From a virus (lineage: Duplodnaviria > Caudoviricetes): a DNA stretch of 46,821 nucleotides. A program made the position numbers and the translations under genes. The stretch spans positions 1 through 46,821 of the IMG/VR virus record IMGVR_UViG_3300036987_000019. The stretch is one strand, 5' to 3'. The notes below the pieces were generated by a model, which was given only the letters and a program-made list of their open reading frames with translations, did no database searches and had not been told where the DNA came from. Shown one piece after another: positions 34,882-42,589 of the stretch (positions are counted from its first letter, which is position 1; every line of letters starts with the position of its first letter).

Positions 34882-35583
34882 ATGTCCGACGCCATCCGAT
34901 TGCTGATCGCAACCCACACACACGGCAGCGTGACGCCGGCTTACTGCCAGAGCCTCGCCACCGCGACGGCATTCTTGGCCGCGCACGGCGTCCCGCACGC
35001 GGTGATGATGTTTGAGGATAGTTTGGTCGACCGTGGCCGCGATCGTGCCGCTGCAACGCTCCTTGAGAGCGACTGCACCCACCTTTTGTTCATTGATGCA
35101 GACATCGAATTCGAGCCGGGAGCAATAATTAAGCTGCTGGCAGCCGGAAAAGACCTCGTAGTCGGTGCTTATCGGAAGAAAAGCGACCGTGGCGAGTTCG
35201 CAATTTCATTTTTAGAGGGTGCAGACCAGCACCTTGAGCAGTGTCCGGAGACCGGCGTCGTCAAAATTGCGCGTGCCGGCACCGGATTTATGATGATTTC
35301 GCGCGCTGTTTTCGAGCGTTTGGCGGCCGAAATCCCCGGGATTTCCTACAAAGACTACAGCAATGCGGCCGATCCGCGCGCGATGCACGCCTTTTTCGAG
35401 CATATCGTGCGCGACGGGCGCCGCTGGTCTGAGGATTACACCTTCTGCGAGCGGTGGCGCGGCGTTGGCGGCGACATCTGGCTCGACCCGACCATCAACC
35501 TTTCGCATTGGGGCGGAAACCCATGGAAGGGTTCGATCCTCGATCACATCCACTCAGTAGATGACGCGCAGAGTGCAGCATAG
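34882..35583 (+). CDS. GT-A fold glycosyltransferase
   Basis: LLIAT...SLVDRGRD...THLLFIDADI (DxD)...GAYRKK...GTGFMMISRAVF...SEDYTFCERW...GG.IWLDP...LSHWG; GGGAGAG RBS. Confidence 0.82.
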   Translation: MSDAIRLLIATHTHGSVTPAYCQSLATATAFLAAHGVPHAVMMFEDSLVDRGRDRAAATLLESDCTHLLFIDADIEFEPGAIIKLLAAGKDLVVGAYRKKSDRGEFAISFLEGADQHLEQCPETGVVKIARAGTGFMMISRAVFERLAAEIPGISYKDYSNAADPRAMHAFFEHIVRDGRRWSEDYTFCERWRGVGGDIWLDPTINLSHWGGNPWKGSILDHIHSVDDAQSAA

Positions 35584-35592
35584 GAGACGGCA

Positions 35593-36021
35593 ATGAAGGA
35601 TTTCTATGGGGCGTGCAGTCCTGCGGTTCTGATCGGTGACGCGACTATCTCGGCCAACAATACGCCGGCGGCCGTGCAGATATCGGACTTCGAGTCCGTC
35701 CTGTTGCTGATTTCAGTCGGGATCGGCGGCATCACCTTCTCCGGCACGAACAAAATCGAGTTCAAGCTGACCCATTCCGACGATGACCAGAACTATGCCG
35801 CGGTTGCGCAGGCCGACGTCGCGGGCGCGACCGTTACCGCAGGCGGAATTATCAAGTCCCTCATCGCCGCTCACGCCGCCGCGGACGTGACGAAGGTCGG
35901 GTATCACGGCGGGAAGCGCTATTTGAAGCTTCTGGCCGACTTCGGCGGCACGCACGGCGCAGGCACGCCGATCTCGGCTATCGCGCTGCGCATCAATCCG
36001 AACATCGCCCCCGCTGTCTGA
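35593..36021 (+). CDS. Putative capsid decoration/cement protein
   Basis: Beta-rich, KLTHSDD...VGYHGGKRYLKL; next to the capsid gene; AGGAGA RBS. Confidence 0.6.
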   Translation: MKDFYGACSPAVLIGDATISANNTPAAVQISDFESVLLLISVGIGGITFSGTNKIEFKLTHSDDDQNYAAVAQADVAGATVTAGGIIKSLIAAHAAADVTKVGYHGGKRYLKLLADFGGTHGAGTPISAIALRINPNIAPAV

Positions 36022-36620
36022 TGTACTGTCCCGTTCTTGTCACGCCGCCAACCATCAAGCCGGTCTCTTTGACCGAGGCAAAGGCGTGGCTGGACATCGG
36101 CTACACTGACAAGGACACGGTTATTGGCGCCCTGATCGGTGCAGCCACGGCGCACCTGGACGGATGGACCGGAATCCTCGGGCGATGCCTCTGCGAACAG
36201 ACGTGGCGACAGGACTTCAACGACTTCCGGTCCTGTCTGCGCCTCCCGCTGTTCCCTGTGATCTCGATCACGAGCGTGAAATACACGGACACGAACGGCG
36301 CAGAGCAGCCAATCGCGACCGAAAACTACACGCTCAAGCATGACGACCTCGGGGCGTATATCGAGTTCACCAGCAGCTATTCGTTTCCGTCGCTCAATTC
36401 AGAATCCGCCGCGGTGCGGGTGACTTATCTGGCCGGATACGCCGATATCGCCGGAACGCCAAAGACGAGCTCGGTGCCGGATGACATCAAGAACGCCATC
36501 GCGCTTCTGGTGCGGCATTGGTTCGATAATCCCGGCGCCGTTGTGGTCGGTGTGACTGCCCAACAGCTTCCGCAGGGTGTTGACGCATTGCTCGCCAAAT
36601 ATCGAAGGCCCCGTTTCTGA
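36021..36620 (+). CDS. Head-tail connector (gp6-like)
   Basis: PVSLTEAKAWL...LIGAAT...QTW...VPDDIKNAIALLVRHWFDN. Confidence 0.88.
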   Translation: MYCPVLVTPPTIKPVSLTEAKAWLDIGYTDKDTVIGALIGAATAHLDGWTGILGRCLCEQTWRQDFNDFRSCLRLPLFPVISITSVKYTDTNGAEQPIATENYTLKHDDLGAYIEFTSSYSFPSLNSESAAVRVTYLAGYADIAGTPKTSSVPDDIKNAIALLVRHWFDNPGAVVVGVTAQQLPQGVDALLAKYRRPRF

Positions 36621-37003
36621 TGCAACGCCGCTACGATCGCCAGATCATCATTCAGCGGAAGACTGTCACGCAATCGCCGTCGGGCGAGGAAATCGAAGCG
36701 TGGGTAGACCTCGGTTACAAGTGCTTGGCATTCGTCGCGCCGACGCGAGGGAGCGAGCGATTTACGTCACCGGAGAAGGTCGCCGAGCAGGAAGTAACAT
36801 TTACGATCCGGTTTCATGAGATCCCTGCTGCGTCCCGGCCGCTCGGTCCAGAAGATCGCATCATCTATCCAGTCGATGGGCTGGGGGCGAACGTTCAAGC
36901 GCCGGCAGCCAATCGGGTTTACGACATTGTCAGTCCTGATGAGGTGGGGCGCCAGGTCGATCTATCGATCAAGACCATCCGGCGCGCGGACGTAACGTCG
37001 TGA
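36620..37003 (+). CDS. Head closure / head-tail adaptor
   Basis: DRQIIIQRKT...GE....W...GSERF...FTIRF. Confidence 0.82.
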   Translation: MQRRYDRQIIIQRKTVTQSPSGEEIEAWVDLGYKCLAFVAPTRGSERFTSPEKVAEQEVTFTIRFHEIPAASRPLGPEDRIIYPVDGLGANVQAPAANRVYDIVSPDEVGRQVDLSIKTIRRADVTS

Positions 37004-37407
37004 AGGATATCCGTCCAGCTCTCCGCGCTTTCCTCCTGGCCGATCCCGGCATTGCCGCGGTCGTTGGAACGCGGATCTATCCAATCAAGATTCCGCAGGG
37101 CGTCAAACTCGCGAGCATTGTCTACACGCGGATTTCGGGGCCGGGCGATTACTTCATGGAAGGTCCATCGGGGCTTGTCCGCCATCGTCTTCAGCTGGAT
37201 TCGTGGGCAGCGACAGCCGACGCCGCAACCGCTCTCGCAAATCTCGTCAAGGACCGGATCGACGGTTTCTCAGGCGTCATGGGTACGGGCGGAATAGCCG
37301 TCAACGTCCAAGGGGTTTTCCAAACTGATCTCCGTGAGGACTACGACGATACAGCGGCGCTGCATCGCTGCGGGCGGGATTTCATGTTTGCTTACGAGGA
37401 AATTTGA
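37000..37407 (+). CDS. Tail terminator/completion protein (DUF3168-like)
   Basis: LLAD..IAAVVGTRIYP...IVYTRIS...RLQLDSWA. Confidence 0.82.
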   Translation: MKDIRPALRAFLLADPGIAAVVGTRIYPIKIPQGVKLASIVYTRISGPGDYFMEGPSGLVRHRLQLDSWAATADAATALANLVKDRIDGFSGVMGTGGIAVNVQGVFQTDLREDYDDTAALHRCGRDFMFAYEEI

Positions 37408-37595
37408 TGAAGCTGACAGTTCGCAACGTGAAGACCGAGTTCATGCGCGAGGCAATGCCGATGCTTTGCGACGAGGCCGGTAAGCCATTGCCGGGTCAGC
37501 GTGCGGTTACGGTGAAGTCATCCATCGATGATGTAACAACGTTGCTGGTTGAGTTTGTCGTGATCGGCGACATAGAAGTAATCGAGAACACCTAA
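37407..37595 (+). CDS. Small hypothetical protein inserted in the neck module
   Basis: 62-aa TGATG-coupled ORF, GAGG RBS. Confidence 0.55.
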   Translation: MKLTVRNVKTEFMREAMPMLCDEAGKPLPGQRAVTVKSSIDDVTTLLVEFVVIGDIEVIENT

Positions 37596-37598
37596 GCC

Positions 37599-38147
37599 GT
37601 GGCCTCCATCCGAAAGACCATCAAGGTCGAAGGGCTCAAGGAGCTTGAGAAGGCGCTACAAGAGTTGCCGCGCGCGACCGGTGGCAATGTGCTGAAGCGA
37701 GCAATCCTCATACCAGCGCAAGCGTTTGCGGACGCCGCCAGCGCCGCCGCCCCGAAGGATACCGGCCTTCTCAAGCAAGAGATTAAGCCGAGCAAGCCGA
37801 GGATTATTTCCGCCGGCAAAGCGGCGTTTGCTGCCGCAATGAGTTCGGGCGCTTCGCGCGTAGAGGCGGGACAGGCGGCGCGAGATGCGAACAGAGCCGC
37901 AGGCGGTGCGGGTCGCCACGCTGTTGTTGAAGTTGGACCGACGAAAAGAGCTTTCTATGGTCGCTTCCAAGAGTTCGGAACCGCGCACCACAAAGCCCAG
38001 CCCTTTATGCGCCCAACGTGGGACCGGATGGGCAACATCCTGATCGATATGGTCGCGACGACTCTGAAAGAAGAAATCGAAAAGGCGCGCGCGCGTCTCG
38101 CCAAAAAGGCGGAACGCGACGCAGCAAAGATCAAGTCTGGAACTTAG
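37599..38147 (+). CDS. HK97 gp10-family tail component
   Basis: VEGLKELEKAL..LP...APKDTG.L...FYGRFQEFGT....AQPFMRP.WD. Confidence 0.88.
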   Translation: MASIRKTIKVEGLKELEKALQELPRATGGNVLKRAILIPAQAFADAASAAAPKDTGLLKQEIKPSKPRIISAGKAAFAAAMSSGASRVEAGQAARDANRAAGGAGRHAVVEVGPTKRAFYGRFQEFGTAHHKAQPFMRPTWDRMGNILIDMVATTLKEEIEKARARLAKKAERDAAKIKSGT

Positions 38148-38207
38148 TTCAATTCCCCATTCCCGCCGGGGCGCGCGGGCTTTCAAATCTGACATGGAGA
38201 TACTTCG

Positions 38208-38888
38208 ATGACCCAAGCGGCTATCGGCTACGGCACGCTGTTCAAGATTCGCACCAGCACTGGCCCTGACGTGTTCACCACGATCGGCGAGCAGGCGAGC
38301 GTGACGCCGTTCGGCATCGCGGTCGACAGCGTCGATGCCTCGCACGAGGAGAGCCCCGGCGCGTGGCGCGAGTTCATCCCGGGCCTGAAGGATGGCGGCG
38401 AAGTCTCGCTCGAGATCCATTACGTTCCCGGCGGCACTGCGGAAGCGACGTTGCTCGCCGCGCTCGGCACGACAAAGGTCTGCCGGGTCGTATTCCCGTC
38501 TGGCGCGCAGGCGAACTTCAGCGCCTTCATCACCGAAATGTCAGCGGAAACTCCGCTTGATGACAAGATGGTGATGAGCGTCACGCTGAAGTTGACGGGC
38601 GCCATCACCATGTCTGCGGCCGTTGCGCCGTCGAACTCGATCCTGCCCGCCATCTCCGGCGCGCTGACCGAGAGCGCGGTCCTGACTGCCTATGAAGGCG
38701 TATGGGCCGACGAGCCGACCTCGTTCACCTATCAGTGGAAGAACGCGGGCGCGCCAATCAGCGGCGCAACGGCTAAAACCTATGTCATCGTTGCTGGCGA
38801 CAGCGGCGATGCAATCACGGTTACGGTCACTGGTGTTAACTCGGCTGGCAGTGCATCTGCGACCAGCGCCGCCGTCACCGCAGCGTAA
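38208..38888 (+). CDS. Major tail tube protein with C-terminal Ig-like domain
   Basis: VDASHEESPGAWREFIPGLKDGGEV tube motif; C-terminal PAISG...FTYQW...ISGAT..TY...D.G..ITVTVT. Confidence 0.88.
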   Translation: MTQAAIGYGTLFKIRTSTGPDVFTTIGEQASVTPFGIAVDSVDASHEESPGAWREFIPGLKDGGEVSLEIHYVPGGTAEATLLAALGTTKVCRVVFPSGAQANFSAFITEMSAETPLDDKMVMSVTLKLTGAITMSAAVAPSNSILPAISGALTESAVLTAYEGVWADEPTSFTYQWKNAGAPISGATAKTYVIVAGDSGDAITVTVTGVNSAGSASATSAAVTAA

Positions 38889-38898
38889 CGGGTGATTG

Positions 38899-39282
38899 AT
38901 GGCAAATTTGCAAAAAGGAGAGGTCTCTCTGCCTGCGGGCGAGCAGACCTACATCCTCTCTTACTCGGTGAACGCGTTTTGTCACCTTGAAGAGGCTGAT
39001 GGTCGGACTTTCGGTGAGATCATTCAGGAACTGATGGACCCGAAGAAGGTCAGCATTCGGCAGCTACGTCAATTTGTGCATGCTGGTTTACTGGATCATC
39101 ACCCCGATCTCTCTCTGACCGATGCCGGCCGCATCATTATGCTGGCCGGTGGCGTGAACGCCGTTATGGAGGCCGTCGGCAGGGGCCTCGAATCCTCACT
39201 CCCGGAAAAGGAGGCGAGCGGTACGCCGCGCCCTCCGAACCGGGCGGACCGCCGAAAGGCTGGGACTGGCCCGGCCTCCTGA
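38899..39282 (+). CDS. Tail assembly chaperone (G-like)
   Basis: MANLQKGEV...L.YSVNAFCHLEE; between tube and tape measure. Confidence 0.8.
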   Translation: MANLQKGEVSLPAGEQTYILSYSVNAFCHLEEADGRTFGEIIQELMDPKKVSIRQLRQFVHAGLLDHHPDLSLTDAGRIIMLAGGVNAVMEAVGRGLESSLPEKEASGTPRPPNRADRRKAGTGPAS

Positions 39283-39572
39283 AGACGTGGGTATCAATGG
39301 GACTTGATCCAGATGCCTTCTGGACTAAGACCCCGCGATATATCGCCCTCGTGTTTGAGGGGAAGGCCGCTCAGTTCCGCCGCGAACATAATGAGCGGAT
39401 GTCACTTGCGTGGCACGCGGCCGGGTTGCCGCGCATGAAGAAATTTCCAGACCTAAAAAAACTCCTCGCCCGCGAAACGTTTGCGGCGCGCAAGCGCCCT
39501 CAAACGTCCGACGAGCAATGGGCGATTTTCGGGGCGATGGCTGAAGCCAGTAAAGTCTTGAGAAAGAACTGA
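39204..39572 (+). CDS. Tail assembly chaperone extension (T-like; -1 frameshift or independent start at 39297)
   Basis: The -1 frame is open from before GGAAAAG (39204-39210) through WDWPGLL...GLDPDAFW..TP. Confidence 0.65.
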   Translation, partial: GKGGERYAAPSEPGGPPKGWDWPGLLKTWVSMGLDPDAFWTKTPRYIALVFEGKAAQFRREHNERMSLAWHAAGLPRMKKFPDLKKLLARETFAARKRPQTSDEQWAIFGAMAEASKVLRKN

Positions 39573-39573
39573 T

Positions 39574-41781
39574 ATGGCAGGCGGTTCGGTCATAGGCGCC
39601 TTACGCGTAGTCCTCGGTTTGGACTCCGCTGATCTCGACAAAGGACTCAAGAGCTCGCAGGATAACGTGCGGGCTTTCGGATCGTCTGTCTCGTCTGCGA
39701 TGGCGACAGCTACCGCCGCGATAACCACAGCCGCTCTCGGTATTGGCGTCGCGATAAAGAAAAACATCGATCAATTCGACAATCTGTCGAAGGCGTCGCA
39801 GAAAATCGGCGTCCCCGTTGAAGAACTGTCGGCCCTCCGCCATGCGGCGGAACTGTCCGACGTGAGCATGGAGTCTCTGCAGAAAGGCGTCGGACGTCTT
39901 GCAAAAAACTTAGTTGAGGGCGCGCAAGGTGCCGAAGCTCCGACAGAAGCTTTCGCCGCTCTTGGGATCAGCGTCCGCAACGCCGACGGGTCGATCAAAA
40001 CTGTCTCACAGGCGCTTCCTGAGATTGCCGACAAATTCGAGAGGATGCGTGACGGTCCGGAGAAGACCGCGCTGTCGATGAAGCTACTCGGTAAGTCGGG
40101 CATGGACCTCATTCCCATGCTGAACGGGGGCGCCGCCGGTCTCAAGGAGATGACGGACGAAGCCAAGGCGCTCGGTCTGGTTATCAGCACCGATACCGGC
40201 CGCACCGCTGAGGCGTTCAACGATAACCTGACGCGTCTCAAGGCTGTTCTCACCGGCGTATTCACCCAGGTTACAGCGAACGTTTTGCCTGCGTTGGCTA
40301 CCTTCTCTCAGTTCCTTATTGACGGCGCAAAGAACTCCGGCTTCTTGCAGATGGCGTCGAGCGCGCTCACCACGGGCTTCAACGCTCTCGCTAGGGTCGC
40401 GATCGTTGTCTATGACAACATCGGGCTTGTCCTGAAAATCGGCGCTGTGTTTGTCGGCGCGCAGATCGGCGCCGCTGCGATCTCGTTCGGTCTGGCGTTT
40501 GTGAAGATGGCCGCTGCGATCCGGGCGGCCGGTATTGTCATGGGTGCATTCGAACTGATCCGCGGAATTACGATGCGCGGCATGTTGCTGATGGCCGGCA
40601 TCGTCGCGCTCGCCGCCGGCGCGTTCGATGGTTTCAGCGATAAGATCAGCAAGATTGGCAGCATCGTCAGCAACCTCATGCCCGAAGGATCGGGCGAGAA
40701 GGTTAAAGAGATACTCGGGGCGCTCGGGCTGAATCTTGAAGGATTAACCGCTGATCTTACGAAGTGGCAAAACGTCTCCGGGAAGAATGGAGGCGGGTTG
40801 TTCAACCCTGATCTTGCCAACAAAACGAAGGATGCTCTCGATCAGTATCTTTCGAGCCAGCGAAAGGCGATTGCGGGACACGAAGCCGAGGCTGCTTCTA
40901 TTGGAAAGTCTGCCGCAGAGCTTGCGGCGCTTCGCATCATTAAGGGTGCAGATGCGGTAGCCGAAGAAAAGGGCATAAAGATTTCGGCCGAACGGCGCAA
41001 GGAAATCGAGGCGACCGCGAAGGCTGCGGCAAACGCTCAGCTTACCATTCAAGCAAATCAACTCACGGAAGAGATGAATTTGCCGTGGGTCACGCGCAAC
41101 AAGAAGCTTCAGGAATACAATAACCTGCTGCTGCTGGGCAAAATAAGTAGTGATACATTTGCTGCTGCGCAGGCCACCATTCAGTTTCCGAGCTTCACAT
41201 CGGCGGCCAATGCCGCGATGGATTTTGGCGCGCGCCTTGATGAGCTTGCAACGACGACAGTCAACGGCCTGTCGTCGGCCATCTCAGGGCTGATCACAGG
41301 CACCAAGAGCGCCGCTGAAGCGTTCTCGGCATTTGCGAAACAGATCATCTCTGACATCGCGGCAATGATCGTCAAGATGCTGATTTTCAAAGCGCTGAAA
41401 TCCGCCTTAGGCTGGGGCCTTCCGTTTGCGGACGGCGGCAGTGTAGGTACGGGTTTCAGTCTCACGGGGACCGGGGGCCTCTTCGCCGACGGTGGCTCGG
41501 TTTGGGGTGCCGGAACGGCGACCAGCGACAGCATCCCGGCGATGCTTTCCAACGGTGAATTTGTGGTGAACGCGAAGGCCGCCGATCAAAATCGGGGGCT
41601 TCTTACCGCCATCAACGAAGGGAAAATGCCCGACAGGGCTCCTACGTCGGGCGGCGGAAACCGCACCATCAGCATCGCAGGCATTGACCCCAACAAGCTT
41701 TATTCGGGCGATAACGTCCGCGCTCTTATTGAAGCCCTGCACGGGGCGCAGCGCGACGGCTACCAATTGAGCCCCGCCTGA
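39574..41781 (+). CDS. Tape measure protein
   Basis: IGALRVVLGLDSA N-terminus, Ala-rich helical body, C-terminal FADGG...GTATSDSIPAMLSNGEFVVNA. Confidence 0.92.
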   Translation: MAGGSVIGALRVVLGLDSADLDKGLKSSQDNVRAFGSSVSSAMATATAAITTAALGIGVAIKKNIDQFDNLSKASQKIGVPVEELSALRHAAELSDVSMESLQKGVGRLAKNLVEGAQGAEAPTEAFAALGISVRNADGSIKTVSQALPEIADKFERMRDGPEKTALSMKLLGKSGMDLIPMLNGGAAGLKEMTDEAKALGLVISTDTGRTAEAFNDNLTRLKAVLTGVFTQVTANVLPALATFSQFLIDGAKNSGFLQMASSALTTGFNALARVAIVVYDNIGLVLKIGAVFVGAQIGAAAISFGLAFVKMAAAIRAAGIVMGAFELIRGITMRGMLLMAGIVALAAGAFDGFSDKISKIGSIVSNLMPEGSGEKVKEILGALGLNLEGLTADLTKWQNVSGKNGGGLFNPDLANKTKDALDQYLSSQRKAIAGHEAEAASIGKSAAELAALRIIKGADAVAEEKGIKISAERRKEIEATAKAAANAQLTIQANQLTEEMNLPWVTRNKKLQEYNNLLLLGKISSDTFAAAQATIQFPSFTSAANAAMDFGARLDELATTTVNGLSSAISGLITGTKSAAEAFSAFAKQIISDIAAMIVKMLIFKALKSALGWGLPFADGGSVGTGFSLTGTGGLFADGGSVWGAGTATSDSIPAMLSNGEFVVNAKAADQNRGLLTAINEGKMPDRAPTSGGGNRTISIAGIDPNKLYSGDNVRALIEALHGAQRDGYQLSPA

Positions 41782-41782
41782 C

Positions 41783-42589
41783 ATGATCGTCATTTCCAGC
41801 AACTATGTCCTGTCACCGGCGGCGGCAGCGGCGGACCCAGACCTTCCGGCGGTCGGCTATCACAACGTGGTGCGCGCGGACTCCATCGTCGTGGATACGC
41901 AAGAGGAGAACTACCCAGCCTCAAATCTCGCAAATCCGGCCACGCATCTCGAATGGCGGGCAGCGGACGACAGCGAGCAATACATCACGATCACGACAAA
42001 CGAAGTCGATCCGATAGATTACGTCGGGATCGCGCGGCACAACCTCGGGACAGCCGAGATCGTCGTTTCGGTTGAAGCAAATATTGATGCCGTCTGGACC
42101 GAGATCGTCGAAGAAACGATGCTGCCGGACGACACGCCTGCGGTGCTCCGGTTCGCGGCCGCGTCGTATTCGCAGGTTCGCATTCGCCTGCAAACGGGAT
42201 CTGATGCGGCGCGCATCGCGGTTGTCTATTGCGGGAAGCTCCTAGATCTGGAGCGCAAGGTTTGGGTCGGGCACACGCCACTGCCTTACGCGCGCAAGAT
42301 CGACGTGGCCAGCAATCGTAGCGTGAGCGGAAACTTCCTCGGCAGGATCATTCTCGGGGAGGGCCGCGAGTCCACCATCCCGCTCTCGCTGTTCACGCCA
42401 TCATGGTATCGCGCGAACATGGACGCCTTCCTCGTCGCGGCGCAGGAAATCCCGTTCTTCTTCGCGTGGCGTCCAAGCACCTATCCCAACGAGGTTGGAT
42501 TCTGCGATCTCGTCGATGATCCGATGCCCACGCCAGTCGGGCCGAGCAATCTGCTTGCGTTCGACCTTAAAGTGAATGGTGTGGCGTGA
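41783..42589 (+). CDS. Distal tail/baseplate protein
   Basis: 268-aa ORF right after the tape measure gene (YPASNLANPATHLEW...DYVGIARHNL). The call is positional. Confidence 0.65.
   Translation: MIVISSNYVLSPAAAAADPDLPAVGYHNVVRADSIVVDTQEENYPASNLANPATHLEWRAADDSEQYITITTNEVDPIDYVGIARHNLGTAEIVVSVEANIDAVWTEIVEETMLPDDTPAVLRFAAASYSQVRIRLQTGSDAARIAVVYCGKLLDLERKVWVGHTPLPYARKIDVASNRSVSGNFLGRIILGEGRESTIPLSLFTPSWYRANMDAFLVAAQEIPFFFAWRPSTYPNEVGFCDLVDDPMPTPVGPSNLLAFDLKVNGVA

Noticed and set aside
31597-34919. Long minus-strand ORFs (317, 383 and 311 aa) opposite portal, protease and capsid
   Set aside because: Shadow frames of GC-rich, codon-biased genes, with no motifs or RBS.
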